Below are positions 1-12,000 of a DNA stretch of 64,000 bases, piece after piece. A model generated the notes under the pieces. That model saw nothing but the letters and a program-made list of their open reading frames with translations, was not told the DNA's origin and searched no databases. The stretch spans positions 3,218 to 67,217 of the forward strand of contig JAGVFW010000008.1 in the NCBI GenBank assembly GCA_020057405.1, in the 5' to 3' direction. How positions within the stretch are numbered: the first letter of the stretch is position 1; each line of letters starts with the position of its first letter. The translations under genes were made by a program, and so were the position numbers. Origin of the DNA: an archaeon. Its GTDB lineage: Archaea; Micrarchaeota; Micrarchaeia; Norongarragalinales; UBA97.

Positions 1-3000
1 CTAGCGTTGTCGTAAGCGAGCGCGTTTCCGACGGCAACGGCAAGGAATTGTTTACCGGCAAAACTGGAGAGGACGGCTCGATATCACCGCAAGACGCAGT
101 GCTTGGCACCCTCATCACCGCGAAAGTCACTGCAGCCGGCTATTCTCCCAAAGTAAGCGACGCGGTGACTATCGTTGCGGAAACGGCAATCACTATTGAG
201 ATACGCAGCTTAACCGGACCGCAGAAGCTCACCGTCAGCCTCGTCGATGGCGACGGCAAGCTCGTTGCAAACGGCCTTTTGCGCCTCTACGCGCGGCAGC
301 CCGATGGTGCGATGGCAGTCGTTGACGAGAAAAAACCGTTTAAGGAAACAGTCGATTTTGAGCTAGAGCAGAACCGCGAGTACGCCCTCTCGGCTTACGC
401 GACGGGATTCTTGCCCCAGTTCTTCCAAAAGCTCGAGCCGGGCGGCAAGAGTATTACTTTAGTGCAGGCGACGCCGGCAAAGAGCGCGAGGCTGCGCGTG
501 CACGTGAGCAACTTTGATTCCGCGGACGCCTCAGGTGCAAGTGTCGCACTCTTTAGCGCCGACAGGCTGCCGCTTGGGCTTTCGGAGAAAACCACGGGCC
601 CCGACGGCGTCCAGTACTTTGACGACGTACCGCTCACAAAAGTCATTGCAATGGCCGCCTCGCAAGGCAGGTTCGGCGAATCGCCTGTCACTGTCTCAAG
701 CGGAAACTCTTCGGTCGAAGTGCTTTTGCCAAGAGGCAACGGCAGGGTGCTGCTGACGGTAAAAGACAAGTTCTCGCTAAAGCCGGTCAAGGGCGCTGCA
801 GTGCGCGTAAGCGCTTTTGAGGAACGCGCCTGCACTACCGACGACAAGGGCCAGTGCGCAGTTGAGGCGACCGAATTTGCCGGCGCACGCGCGATTGCCT
901 CCGGTGCAGGTTACGAAACTCTATCTACCGCCCAGTTTGACGTCCGGCCCGGGGTGGACACGAAAGTCGAGGCGCTCTTGTTCCCCACTTCAGTCACCGC
1001 GAGCACCAAGCTTGAGTTCAACGGCTTTTACGACACTTCGGGCAACAAAGTGACTACGCTTTCGCCCGCTAGCGTCTACCGGGCGAAGTTCACTCTCCGC
1101 TCCCCGCCAATTGACTATAGCCAAGCGCGCGCTTTTGTTTCAGTTGGGGAGCTGACCGCAACTCTTGAAGGCTCGCCGGTCACCATCACGGCCTACGACG
1201 CGGCCGGGGCGCAAAGGGTTTACACTGGCACCGACTTCCAGCTGGCCCGACAACTGAATTCGGCAGGCGACAACACGACTTTTGACGCAGCGGCTGCAGC
1301 AAGCGTGCCCAACGCCAAGGAATACAAGTGGGTGGACTTTGTTTTCGACAAGTTTTCCGGCGGGAGGGAAATTTCAGTCACAATCACGACAAAAGCTTCG
1401 CCTTCCGCAAAGAGCGCACTAAACTACCGCACGGAATTCTACACTACGGACGGCGTGCTTAGAAGCCCTGCGGACGCCGAGGCGGGAAAAAGCAAGAGCG
1501 AACTGTTGGCCGCGACTGACTCGGCACCAATCGACTTGAGCTTCCAAGGCACCTGCCAGGATGACTTGTGCGTCCAGGCATTTCTTGAGACTCTCGACGG
1601 GACTCGGGCGCAGACGGGATTCCAGACTCCGCTCGGCCGCGAGTTCTACCTCAAGTTCAAGGCCGCTTCATTCGGCACGCCCTTTGAGGCGCAACTGCTG
1701 ACGAGCGGAGTTGCAGTCGGGCTCTTGCGCGGCACGAGTGGCGGGGCCGAGACGAGCCCCAAGCCCGCCCCTGACGGCACACTCGCAGTCAGGATGCCGG
1801 CCTCGGGCGGGGAAGGCACGTTTACCTTGCGCGGCCAGCGCGTTTCAAGCGATGCCTACGTCAAGCTCACGCTTTACCGCGGCGATGCAGTTGCTTTTGA
1901 GAAAACGCTGTTTCTGCGCGTGAATGCTGAGGGAACGCCGACACTGTCTATTATTGCAAACCCGCGAACGCTTGTCGCACTTGCGGCAACGCCGGTTGTA
2001 ATCACAGTCCGCGACTCTCTTGGCGTACCCGTCACGGGGGCGCGCGTCTCCCTCGGCGGGGTTGGGAATGATGCGCTTGGCCGCATTGACGAGGCGACTG
2101 AAGACGTCACTCTACCAGGCACTTACCGCATTGAAAGCGTGACTGCCGAGAGCGCAGGCGTAATAGCGTATGCAGTTGACGCGGCGGGCTTTGCAATCGC
2201 GCGGGGCACCATTTCCGTAAACGCGCACAACCTCATCTCCGTTGGCGAGACGAGCTTGGCTGTCGAAGTGACTGCCAAGGGGCAGGAGACGCGTACGCCG
2301 ATTACGGTCACCAACCTTCTTGACAATGAAATCAGCGTCTCGCTTTCGGTAACGCGCGATGGCATTCCCAATTTGCTCGACATTGGCGCGGAGCCTTCGC
2401 AGGCGGCAAGAATGCCCTCACGGGGCGTCCTAAACGCCTATCTTAGGGCCGCAATTGCGGATTACGTGCTTGGCTTGGCGGCGCAGGGCGACACGATTAA
2501 GGACAGTATTAGCGGCCGCGTGCGCGTCATCGGCAAGTTAGGTGCGGTGAGGCAGGCAGTTGAAGTGCCATTCACGGCCAAGGCAACTTTAGTGCGGACT
2601 GCAATTTCTGACGCGTGGGGCATTGACGCAAGCGCCCTTAACATCGAGCTCTCGCCCCCCGATGTTGCAGAAAAGACGGTCGAGGTGCAAGTGCGCAACA
2701 CCGGCCCGCACCCGCTTTTAATCAACCAGCAGGTAAACGGGCTCAAGGGCGTCTTTGTTAACCCGCCATCACAGCAAGTGAGCCCCGGCGCTACTACGGC
2801 GATGCAGATACTCGCACGCGTTTCGGGCGCTTCTTCATCAAACCAATGCGTCTTTGACGCGACAACGACTAAAGGGACAATCCGCTTTTTCGCAACATTC
2901 CAGGGCATCTCAAGCAACAAGGACCTCCCCGTCACCCTATCCCTTACTGCAAAAGGCGTGTGCCGGCCGACCGCAGAGCAACTGCTGACCATGCCCATTG

Positions 3001-6000
3001 CAACTCGTTTTGAATTGCCCGCAGATGCCAAGGTGCGCAAGAATGATGACGGCAGCACCACAGTCCAGATGTCCGACGGCAGGCGAGTGCGCTTTTCTGC
3101 CGGAGCGACGGTGGCGACAACCGCGGTTACCGTGCCCCCTGAAACAGAATTCTACGCCGAGGGCACTGCGGCGACAACTGCAACTGACGGCTTCAAGTTC
3201 ACCCCGCCAGTTGGCCTTATTCTAGTACTCCCAGCCGGCGTGCCGGTTATTTCAAGAGGCGATTCAAGCGCGGCCATCATCGGAACCACTCAAGTACTCT
3301 TCCCCTCAACACTCGCGTTCTCACAGGATGCCGGCGGCAGGGCGGTGCGCGTGCCACCGGGAACTATCGTGCAGATAACGGCATTGCCGCAAGTGAGCCT
3401 CGAGTCGAACACGCTTGCAATCTTGCCCGCAAAGATAGTGTTCGACTTTAGCCGAAACGCCATTGTCCGCGAAAACGACGACGGTTCGTTCTCAGTCGAG
3501 TCTGCTGGCAATGCAATTGGCTTTAGCGCGCAATCACAGCACGCGCCCCAAGGGTCCGACGGCAGCGTGCAAGTCACTGTCCCTTCGGGCACCGGCGTGC
3601 TCTTCCCGACGGCGGTCTTTAGCGGCAGGGCAAACAATGGCTTTGAACTCCGCGTGCCCGCCTCACTCTCGATTGAAATTCCGTCCGACGTTGAAGTCGC
3701 AACTCGCGGCACGACAATTGCTGCATTCCTCCCCGACTATGACCTGCTGCTTCCTGCTGGAACGACTTTCAAGGCAAGCGCCGGCGGAAAGACTGCAGCT
3801 GTCGGGCCAAACGCAATTGTTTCATTCAAGTCAGTCACAGGCATTTCATTGACCGGCAACGCGTTTGCAAACCTGCCATTTGCCTTGAGGCTCGTGCTCC
3901 CAGGCGGGGCGCGCCTTGACGGTAGCGAAGTCGGAAAAACTGCGACCCTAGCATCGGGAGAGACAATCGGATTGCCACCGGATGCAACAGTAAGCGACGC
4001 CCAGCTTGACGGCACGCGCGTTACCACAGTGCCACCCTACTCACAAGTGTCGCTTCCAAAAAGTTTCTTCACTCCCGTTACCGGCGGCGGGTTCAACCTG
4101 AAGCCAGCCGTTCCCTATGCCCTTGGATTCCCTATCGGGACACGGCAAGTCGAGGCAGGCAACGACCTGCTAATGCTTTTGCCAGACTATGACTTGCGCG
4201 TGCCAAAGAACACGCGCCTTGCCCCCGACTCAGGCCTCCTCTTCACCACTCAGATGGCGGCAGGCACGCAAACGCGCGCCGCTCCCGCGCCCGAAATTTC
4301 AGTTGCCGACTTGGGCCGCGTAACTCTCCCATTTGACTTGACTGCCACGCTTCCCGCGGCCGCGCGGGTCAACGAGCGAAGCGACGGCATTGCAGTGCTC
4401 GTGCGCGACGGGCTGACGATCGGCTTTTCCGCACCTGCCGAGCTTTCGCACGACAACGGTTCGACAATAAACGCGCCGGCTGGTGCCGCAGTGCTTCTTC
4501 CGGCCTACTTGATTGAATCAACTCCTGACGGCAGCCTGAGGCTCACGCTGCCGATTGACGTTTCGCTGTCGTTTGACACTGGCGTGCAGCTCCAGCGCGG
4601 GCCTGCAGGCAACTCGTTTGTCTCCGACGACTACAAGCTTGACGCGGGTAGCGCAACGCGGGTTGACGTGAGTAAGGCGGGCGTGCTGCGCGCAATAGTC
4701 CCCGCCGGAACCGCGCTCACGCTAACCTCAACTGCAAACGCGATTGCCGCAGGCGACGAAGTCTCGATTCCCGCGCAACTGTCCCTGCAGTTGCCGGTTG
4801 ATGCCATCGTGCGGGCTCGGGCCGACGGCAGGCTCTACGTCGAGGCCAGGGGAATGCGCGCGCTCTTTGGCGCCGGCGCAACTGCCGATGCCGGAAAAAT
4901 AACTGTGCCTGAAAACACTCAAGTGATTTTCTCGCGCGGCATTGTCGGCCAACTCCGCAACGCTGGCCTTGCGCAAGGCCGCGACTTCAAGCTCACCATC
5001 CCGATTGCCTACGCACTCGCATTTCCTGCAGGTGCGGGGGCGCCCGTTGCGACAAAGCGCGGCACAACCGCAATTGCATTCCGCGGCCTCGTAATTGAGT
5101 TCCCGCCAACAGCGCAATCTTCCTCAGGCGATTCGGGCACGCTAGTGTCAATGACGGGCGGCAGTGCGACCAACTTCATCACTTGGATAAACGGCATTCC
5201 CGCATCCGAACTTGGCGGGATAATCGACGCGGCTGATGCGGCCTTAACGCCACGCGAGCGACTCGCCCTTGCTGCAAAGGACAACATTGCAGTGACCCTG
5301 CCGTTCCAGCTCGAGCTGCTCGTGCCCCCGTCGTTCTCAATGACAACTGCGGATGACACGGGCTCTGGGCCCGCAGTGTGGCTCTCAAGCCGGGTTGCAA
5401 TAGCCTTCGGGCCAACCTCGCAAGTTGCAGGCAGCGTGCCAAAGACAATAACCGCCCCCGCAGGCACCCAGCTCTCGCTTCCCGCATCTATGCTTTCACG
5501 CTCGCCCGACGGCGGCTACGCAATCACGATTCCATTCTCAACCGCGGTTCTCATCCCGGAGGACACCGAAGTAGTCAACGACAAGCAGACTTACGCACTG
5601 CTTTCAAACGCGCGCCAAGAGCTCGCCCTCCCAGCAGGCACGGCATTTATTCAAGTGCAGGACTTGCTTCGCGCCGACCTGCAGCCAAACACGCGCATTG
5701 AAGTCAACCCAATTGGCGCCGCGCAGCTTGACGGCCTGGTGCCCGTGCGCCTGCCCGTTGATGCGGAGCTACTGTTTGCAAGCGGCGTTCGCGCATTCAC
5801 TAGCGGTGCGAGCACGGTCGTGCGCCTGCCTGACGGCTCAACCGCACAATTCCCGGGAACAATTGACGCACAAACTGGCCCCGGCGGAGTGCGGGTGCTG
5901 CAGTGGACTGGCGGCACTGCGGCCATGCTGCCGCGGGCGGCAGTGACTTCGGACGCTAATGGCGGCACGCAATTCTCGCTTCCCATCGCGGCAAACGTCA

Positions 6001-9000
6001 TCCTTCCCCCGGACGCACGAGTGGTGCAACGAAGCGGCCTCGTCGCAGTGCTTGCGGCGCAGCGCGCGCAAATTACTCTTCCGACTAGCGCCAAGCCTGC
6101 CTCAGACAAGCGTGGCTTTATCGCAAGCGTGCCCGCAGGCGGCAGGATTTCAGTGAGCACGTTTGGCCTCGACGTGATTGGACAGCCCATTGTCGTGCCA
6201 TTTGAGATGCACGTGAACGTGCCCGCAGACGCGATTGTTGACGAGAACGCCCCCGGCGGGGTTGTCGTTGAATTCTCGGCCAACAGCCGCGCGAAATTCT
6301 CTGGCGGCGTGTTTACCTCACCAACCGGCCTTGGCACTGGCGCCAGCCTCTATGGCCTGCAGTACGGCAACGGGTTCTTCGGCTCGCAGCTAAGCCCATA
6401 CGGGGCTGGATGGCAGCAAAACCAAAACCAGTTCGCGCAGCAAGTGCGGCTCAACTTGCTAACCGTGCCGGCGTTCTCGCAAGTTACGCTCGCCCCGAGC
6501 TTAATGCGGCCGCTTGGCTACTCGCAGGGCGGCCTTGCGGGTGCAAGCGCCTATGAGTTCTCGCTCCCCGTGATGTGGACCGCAATTCCGCAAAGCACTG
6601 GCGCGATTTACAACAACCCCGACAGAAGCTACAGCATTTTCGTGCAAAACAACGAGATAGTCTTTCCCGCGGGAACCCAGTCAAGTCCCTTGTCGCAATT
6701 TGGAGGCGGGTTGGGAGCGCAGCAGCTTATAGTCCCGGCTTTTGCGCCGGTTCGAGTACTCCCAGTCTTTAACGGCGCGTCTCCGTTTGAGCGGCGGCCG
6801 CTGCCCTTTGAGATGGCGATGCAACTACCCCAAGGCGCACGCGTGCTGCCGAGGGGGCAGGATGGCACGCGCACGATTGACTTTGGCGGCGGCAGGCGCA
6901 TGGTGCTTGACCGCGACCTCTTCGTCGACGAACGCAGTGTAAGCGGCCCGACGCCACCGCAGCTAAGTGAATTGGTAATCACGCAAGGGACGCTAGTTGG
7001 CTTCTCCCCCGGCATTTACCGCCCGCTCCCGCCCCAGTTTGCAAACCCGATGGAAACTGCAAGCCTGCCGCAAAACTTGTGGGGCTTTGCACTCCAGTTG
7101 CCTGCCGCGATAAAGATTCGCGTTCCGTCTGACACGCGCTTTGCCAAGAATGCCGACGGGTCGCAAAGCGCTTTTGTGCAAAACTTTGAAATCCGCGTAC
7201 CCGCAGGCACGAGCCAACCGCTAACGGAGAACGGCCAGAATGGCGTGCGCACTCTTGCAGTAGCGCCAAACGCGCAAGTTTTGGTCGTGCCCCTTGCGCT
7301 CTCTGACTCTTTCGAGCGAATCGAGCTCGCAGTGCCATTTGACGTGACGTTTGCCCTCTCGGCCGACGCGCGCGTGCTGCCAAAAGCAGCGGACGGCAGC
7401 TGGGCGATTGAGGTGCCCGGACGCGGCTCGATTGCGTTTAGGCCAGAGTCCGAGCTTGCTGCCAACAAAGTGAATGTCCCTGCAGGCAGCGGCTTCTTTG
7501 CGTCGCGCGAACTGGCGAAGGCGGACAAGAGCGTCGACGAATTTGGCACGCGCGCAACCGCATTCACGTTCACCGCGCCAATGTCAATGTCGATTAAGAG
7601 CGATACCCAACCTCAGGGAACGGGTGCAAGCCGCTCGCTCACTAGCGGCACTGTTGAACTAGTGCTGCCGGCGGGTGTGCAGTCAAGCAAGCTGGGCAAC
7701 GCTTACGTAACGATAGTTTCCGCCGGCTCGCAACTCGTGCTTCGGCCGATTGACGCGAGCTTCGGGCAAAACCTGCAGGACATTTTCCTCCCAGGCGAGG
7801 CAGCGTTTAGCCTGCCCACCGACGCCAAGGCGTTCGGGACATCGCCTGCCGGCGAAATGCCAGTCAAGTTCGCCAGCGGCCAAGGCATTGTCTTTAAGGG
7901 CGGCTCGCGCGTTGAAGGCGATGGCGCTACCAGAAAAGTCATTGTACCAAACGGCGCGTCGTTGGCGCCATCTTATGCGCTCCTAAAGACTGCAAGCACT
8001 ACGGTCCGACAGCAAATTCAGCGCACTCAAACAGTGCCGCAGGGCTGGCGCTTTGCAACCCCCTCGCAACTGACGGTTACATTGCCCGCTGCAACGCGCG
8101 TCGAGACCGGCGACAACGGCTTTTTAGTGCAGGGCCAGTACGAGTCGTACTTGCTGCCTAGAAACGCCCAGCAGTCGCTTGGCAAGGACAAGGCACTCGT
8201 GTTTACCCTTGCGCCCGGCATGGTGATTGAGTACACGCCCGTTGACTTTAACACTGGCGGCCTGACCGAGTTTGTCTTCCCGATTGCGGCCGCACTCACG
8301 CTCCCGCTGCGCACCCTTGAGTTTGCCGACCCCGGCACTTCAAAGGTTTACTATAGCCTGCCAAGCGGGGAGAAAGTCGTGCTTGCAGCGCCTGCCAAGA
8401 AGAACGCGGCTGGCGAGCTCGTCGCGCAAGTCGAGGCAGGACAAGTTATTTTCGTCCCGCGCGGCTGGAAGACGGACGCACCAAACGGCGTCGTGCTCAA
8501 GTACGGCTCGCGATGGAGTTTTGCAGTTCCCTCCGGCACTAAAGCAGAGGAAAACGGGGGCGAGTACCTCATTCGCGTGCCAAGCACTGCATCGCCAACC
8601 GAGCGCGCCGGCGTCTACCTGCCGTTCCCACCTGCATTCTCAAAGAATGGAGTTGAGTCAGGCGGCCGCGAGCTGAAGAACCCGTTTGCCCTTGCGGCAC
8701 AGGCCACCAAGGCGTCTGCGGGCCAGAAGGCCGACGGGCAGTCGTTCGTCATCGTGCCTGCCGGCACTAGCGTTCGCTTTGAGGCAACTGAAAAGACTGC
8801 CGCCGACGTTGCAGGCGGGCCAACTGGCACCCTTGAAATTACTCTAGACTTTGACGGCGCAATCCAGGCTGCTGATGAATCAACTGTCAACGACAAGGGC
8901 GGCAGTGTTGATGTCATGAACACTGCTTGCGGCAACCTGCAGGTTGATGACACGGTGTTCCCCAAGCCCGGCAAGCGCATCGTGCACACCAAGACCGTGC

Positions 9001-12000
9001 AATTCCAGATTACTAACGCGCGGGCTGACGCTGAGTCAAAGAGAATCTCGTTTAAGGCCGGCGCCAAGCTCACCATCATCGCGTGCCGGCAGTCCGAGCC
9101 CGAGTGGCGCCAAGTGCGGCTCTTCTTCCCCGTGCAGACGACGTTCATTTTGCCAAACGACGCGCCCCCGCTTGAGGGCTCGGGCAAAGTCGACTTTGGC
9201 GCGTGCAAGGAAATCAGGACTAGCGCGGATGTCAAGATGAAGCCCCCGCGCGCTGAAGTGATTGACTTTGGCTCGGTGCCAAGTCCAGTCAAGTCAAGCG
9301 ACAAGCGTGGCCAGCAGCCCGACTCCTTGCCGACATTCACCGTGCCGGCTGACTACGGCATCCTCTTCACCATTTGCAAGGGCGACACTAAGTTCAACAT
9401 CAACACCCAGGGGCTTGCAAAGGCGCCCGTGCCCAACTCGATTGAAGTTCAGGTTGACGGCGGGGCCTCGAAGGACGAGTTGCACCTAGTGCTTGACGAC
9501 GGCAACAGGAAGGCAAACGCGCGCATCAAGATGCGGAATTCTGGCGCAACCGTGATTGAAGTCAACCTCGACTCTACTGAGGCGGATGACAAGATCAAGG
9601 CGGCCTACAACAATGAGGGCGAAATCTGGTGGGGCCGCACGGGTGGAATTGGCGAGGGCTGGGTGTGGGAGACCGGCTACGAGAAGAAAGCGCCGGTCTT
9701 TAGGCTGTCCCCAACCGACGACTTCAGAAACGTGGTGTCAACCGACATTTCACTCCCGCGCTCTAGCGAGTTTGTCAACCCGCTTACGGGGTGCGTTGAG
9801 AAGGAGGCAGTGATTGAAGGCACTCTTACTTTCAAGGGCAGCCTCGTCACCGACAAGAGGCCGACCCAATCCAACCCGCTTAAGGTCAAGATTGAAATCA
9901 AGAAAAACCCGGGCGCCTGCGCGGCGGCGCAATCGCTTGAGCGCGTGCTTCGCTCGGGCTTCTACGCCACGCACACTGCAGAAATCAAGGTTGGCGACTC
10001 GTTTGCAACACCCGGAAAAACGCTTTACTTCAAGACCCCAGACGCCAGCCACGTGCAGTACTTTGCGCTCATTAACAACCTGCAGGAGAAAGCCACGCTC
10101 TCGAGCAAGTGGACCGGCACGCAAGTCACCGACTGCAGCATCCTGAAGGCAGGCGAGCTAGTTCCCATTGACGCACTCGTGATGGAGAAGGGAGAAGCGC
10201 TTGTCATAAAGTGCACGCCAAAGGCGGGGGTAACAATCCCTGACGGCGGGGACTCGGGCAAGCAGAGGCTGGAGATTAAGGCAACGCCGAAAGGAACTGG
10301 AAGCGACACGGCCACTCAAACAACTCAATCTCCAGTTACTACCGTAACGCCAACCCCGACGCCCAACGCCGCAGGGCAAACGCAAGTGCAGCCCACTGCA
10401 CCAACGGCGGGCGGTTCTTCGTTCTTCAACACCGACGAAGAGACCAAGGCCAACACTATCCGCGCAGTTCCAGTTGACACGGTTGCAGTAATTGAGTTTG
10501 ACGTGTTTAACCCCGAACCGCTCAACAAGCAGTTCTACCTCGACGCCGGAACGCCTTTGGGCTCGCTTTGCCCGTTTGGCCAAAACGCAATCGACAGCTC
10601 GTGCAATGCTGCGCTTACCACCCCGGCAAATAATTTTGGCTCGGGTGCAAGCACTGGAACGCAAAACGGTGGGACGCAAGCCAATGGCGGCACTAACGGC
10701 CAGCAAAACACCCAGCCGACCACTCCCGAACTAGGCAAGTGCGACGGCGAGACGGCGAAAGTGCCTATTGGCACTTGCTATAATGAAGCCCACAAGGCCG
10801 ATGCGACCAAGGCGGGCTATGTGTGTACTGACGCGGGTAATGGCAGGGCCGACTACCAGATGGCACCCGCACAAGGCAAGGCAACCAAGGCGACAAACAA
10901 CGTCGACCTGACGCGCTGCTGCCCTGCAGGCGGAGTCAACCTGAATCCCTCTAACGACGGCAAGGGCTGCCAGAACGAAAACACCAACCCTGACAACACG
11001 GTCAAGGCCGCGGCCGTCTCGCGCATTAACTTCCAAAGCGCTCCAAGCGGCACGACAGGCGTGAGCGGGGCGACAGTCACCGCGCCAGAGACCACGACGG
11101 GCGGTTCTGCAGCTCCGACGGCGGACACCAAGGACGCAACGGCAGTCAATTCAGTTTACTACTCGCTTTGCGAGGAATTCTATTGCTCTAGCGACCAGGC
11201 GCAAATGGCTTTCAAGTCGCACGTGATGGGCTACCGCGAAATAATTGACGAGGCACGCAAGGAGAGCGCCGGCACGACGCCGGATGACAAGACGCAGGAA
11301 GTCAAGGTGCTCAACAAGCTGCGCGAGCGCTTCAAGCTCGGCTCGACGACAAGCGGCTTTGCGAGGGCTTTTGTCATACAAAAGGCCGGCGACGACAAGG
11401 TGACTAACGCGCAAATCCAGAAGGCTGCACTCGACGCGTTCCCGGCAACGACTTGGCACCCCAAGAACGTCGGGGTTGACGGCGAGCTTGGCGCGTGCGG
11501 AATCTACATTGTCCAGACGACCTTCAGGTTCGGGCCAAGCGCATTTAGCGCGGCCTCAAAGGCAGAGACCGCCCTTGCCGAATCCGAAATCACGATAAAC
11601 ATCGTCAAGGCCGCAGACTGCCCCAAGAACCTCGCTAACGCGCCGATCCTGATGGGGCCGCCAGTTGAGAAGGACGGGCTGACCAACACTGAAATCTGGA
11701 CCGGCAGGCGCGTTGTCAAGTGGCCGACTGACGTCGACCGCATAACGCTGCTCTTTGACATTGGCGGAAGGTGGGCTGAGCTGCAGAAGGAAACCGGCGG
11801 CGGGGTAGTCGGCACCGCGCTAAGCGTGCTCTCATACCCGTCAGTCTTGGCTCTAGGCCCGTACGGAGAGGAGTACAACCTCAAGGACGCGGTAATTGCA
11901 AAAGAAGCTTACAGGCAGATGTTCGGCGTTGAACCCGCCAAAGTCCTCGCGCACAAGGGCGTGAGTTACAACGACGCGGGCTACTGCTTCCAAAACGGCA

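Noticed and set aside
395-9340. Dozens of 60-240-aa ORFs on both strands inside the giant ORF (e.g. 395-847 -, 2462-3061 -, 5651-6337 -, 7016-7573 -, 8615-9340 -)
   Set aside because: They are shadow ORFs of a ~65% GC coding region. Their products are R/A/S/P/C-rich with no domain-like pattern, and all lie wholly inside a frame that shows consistent protein-like modular structure.
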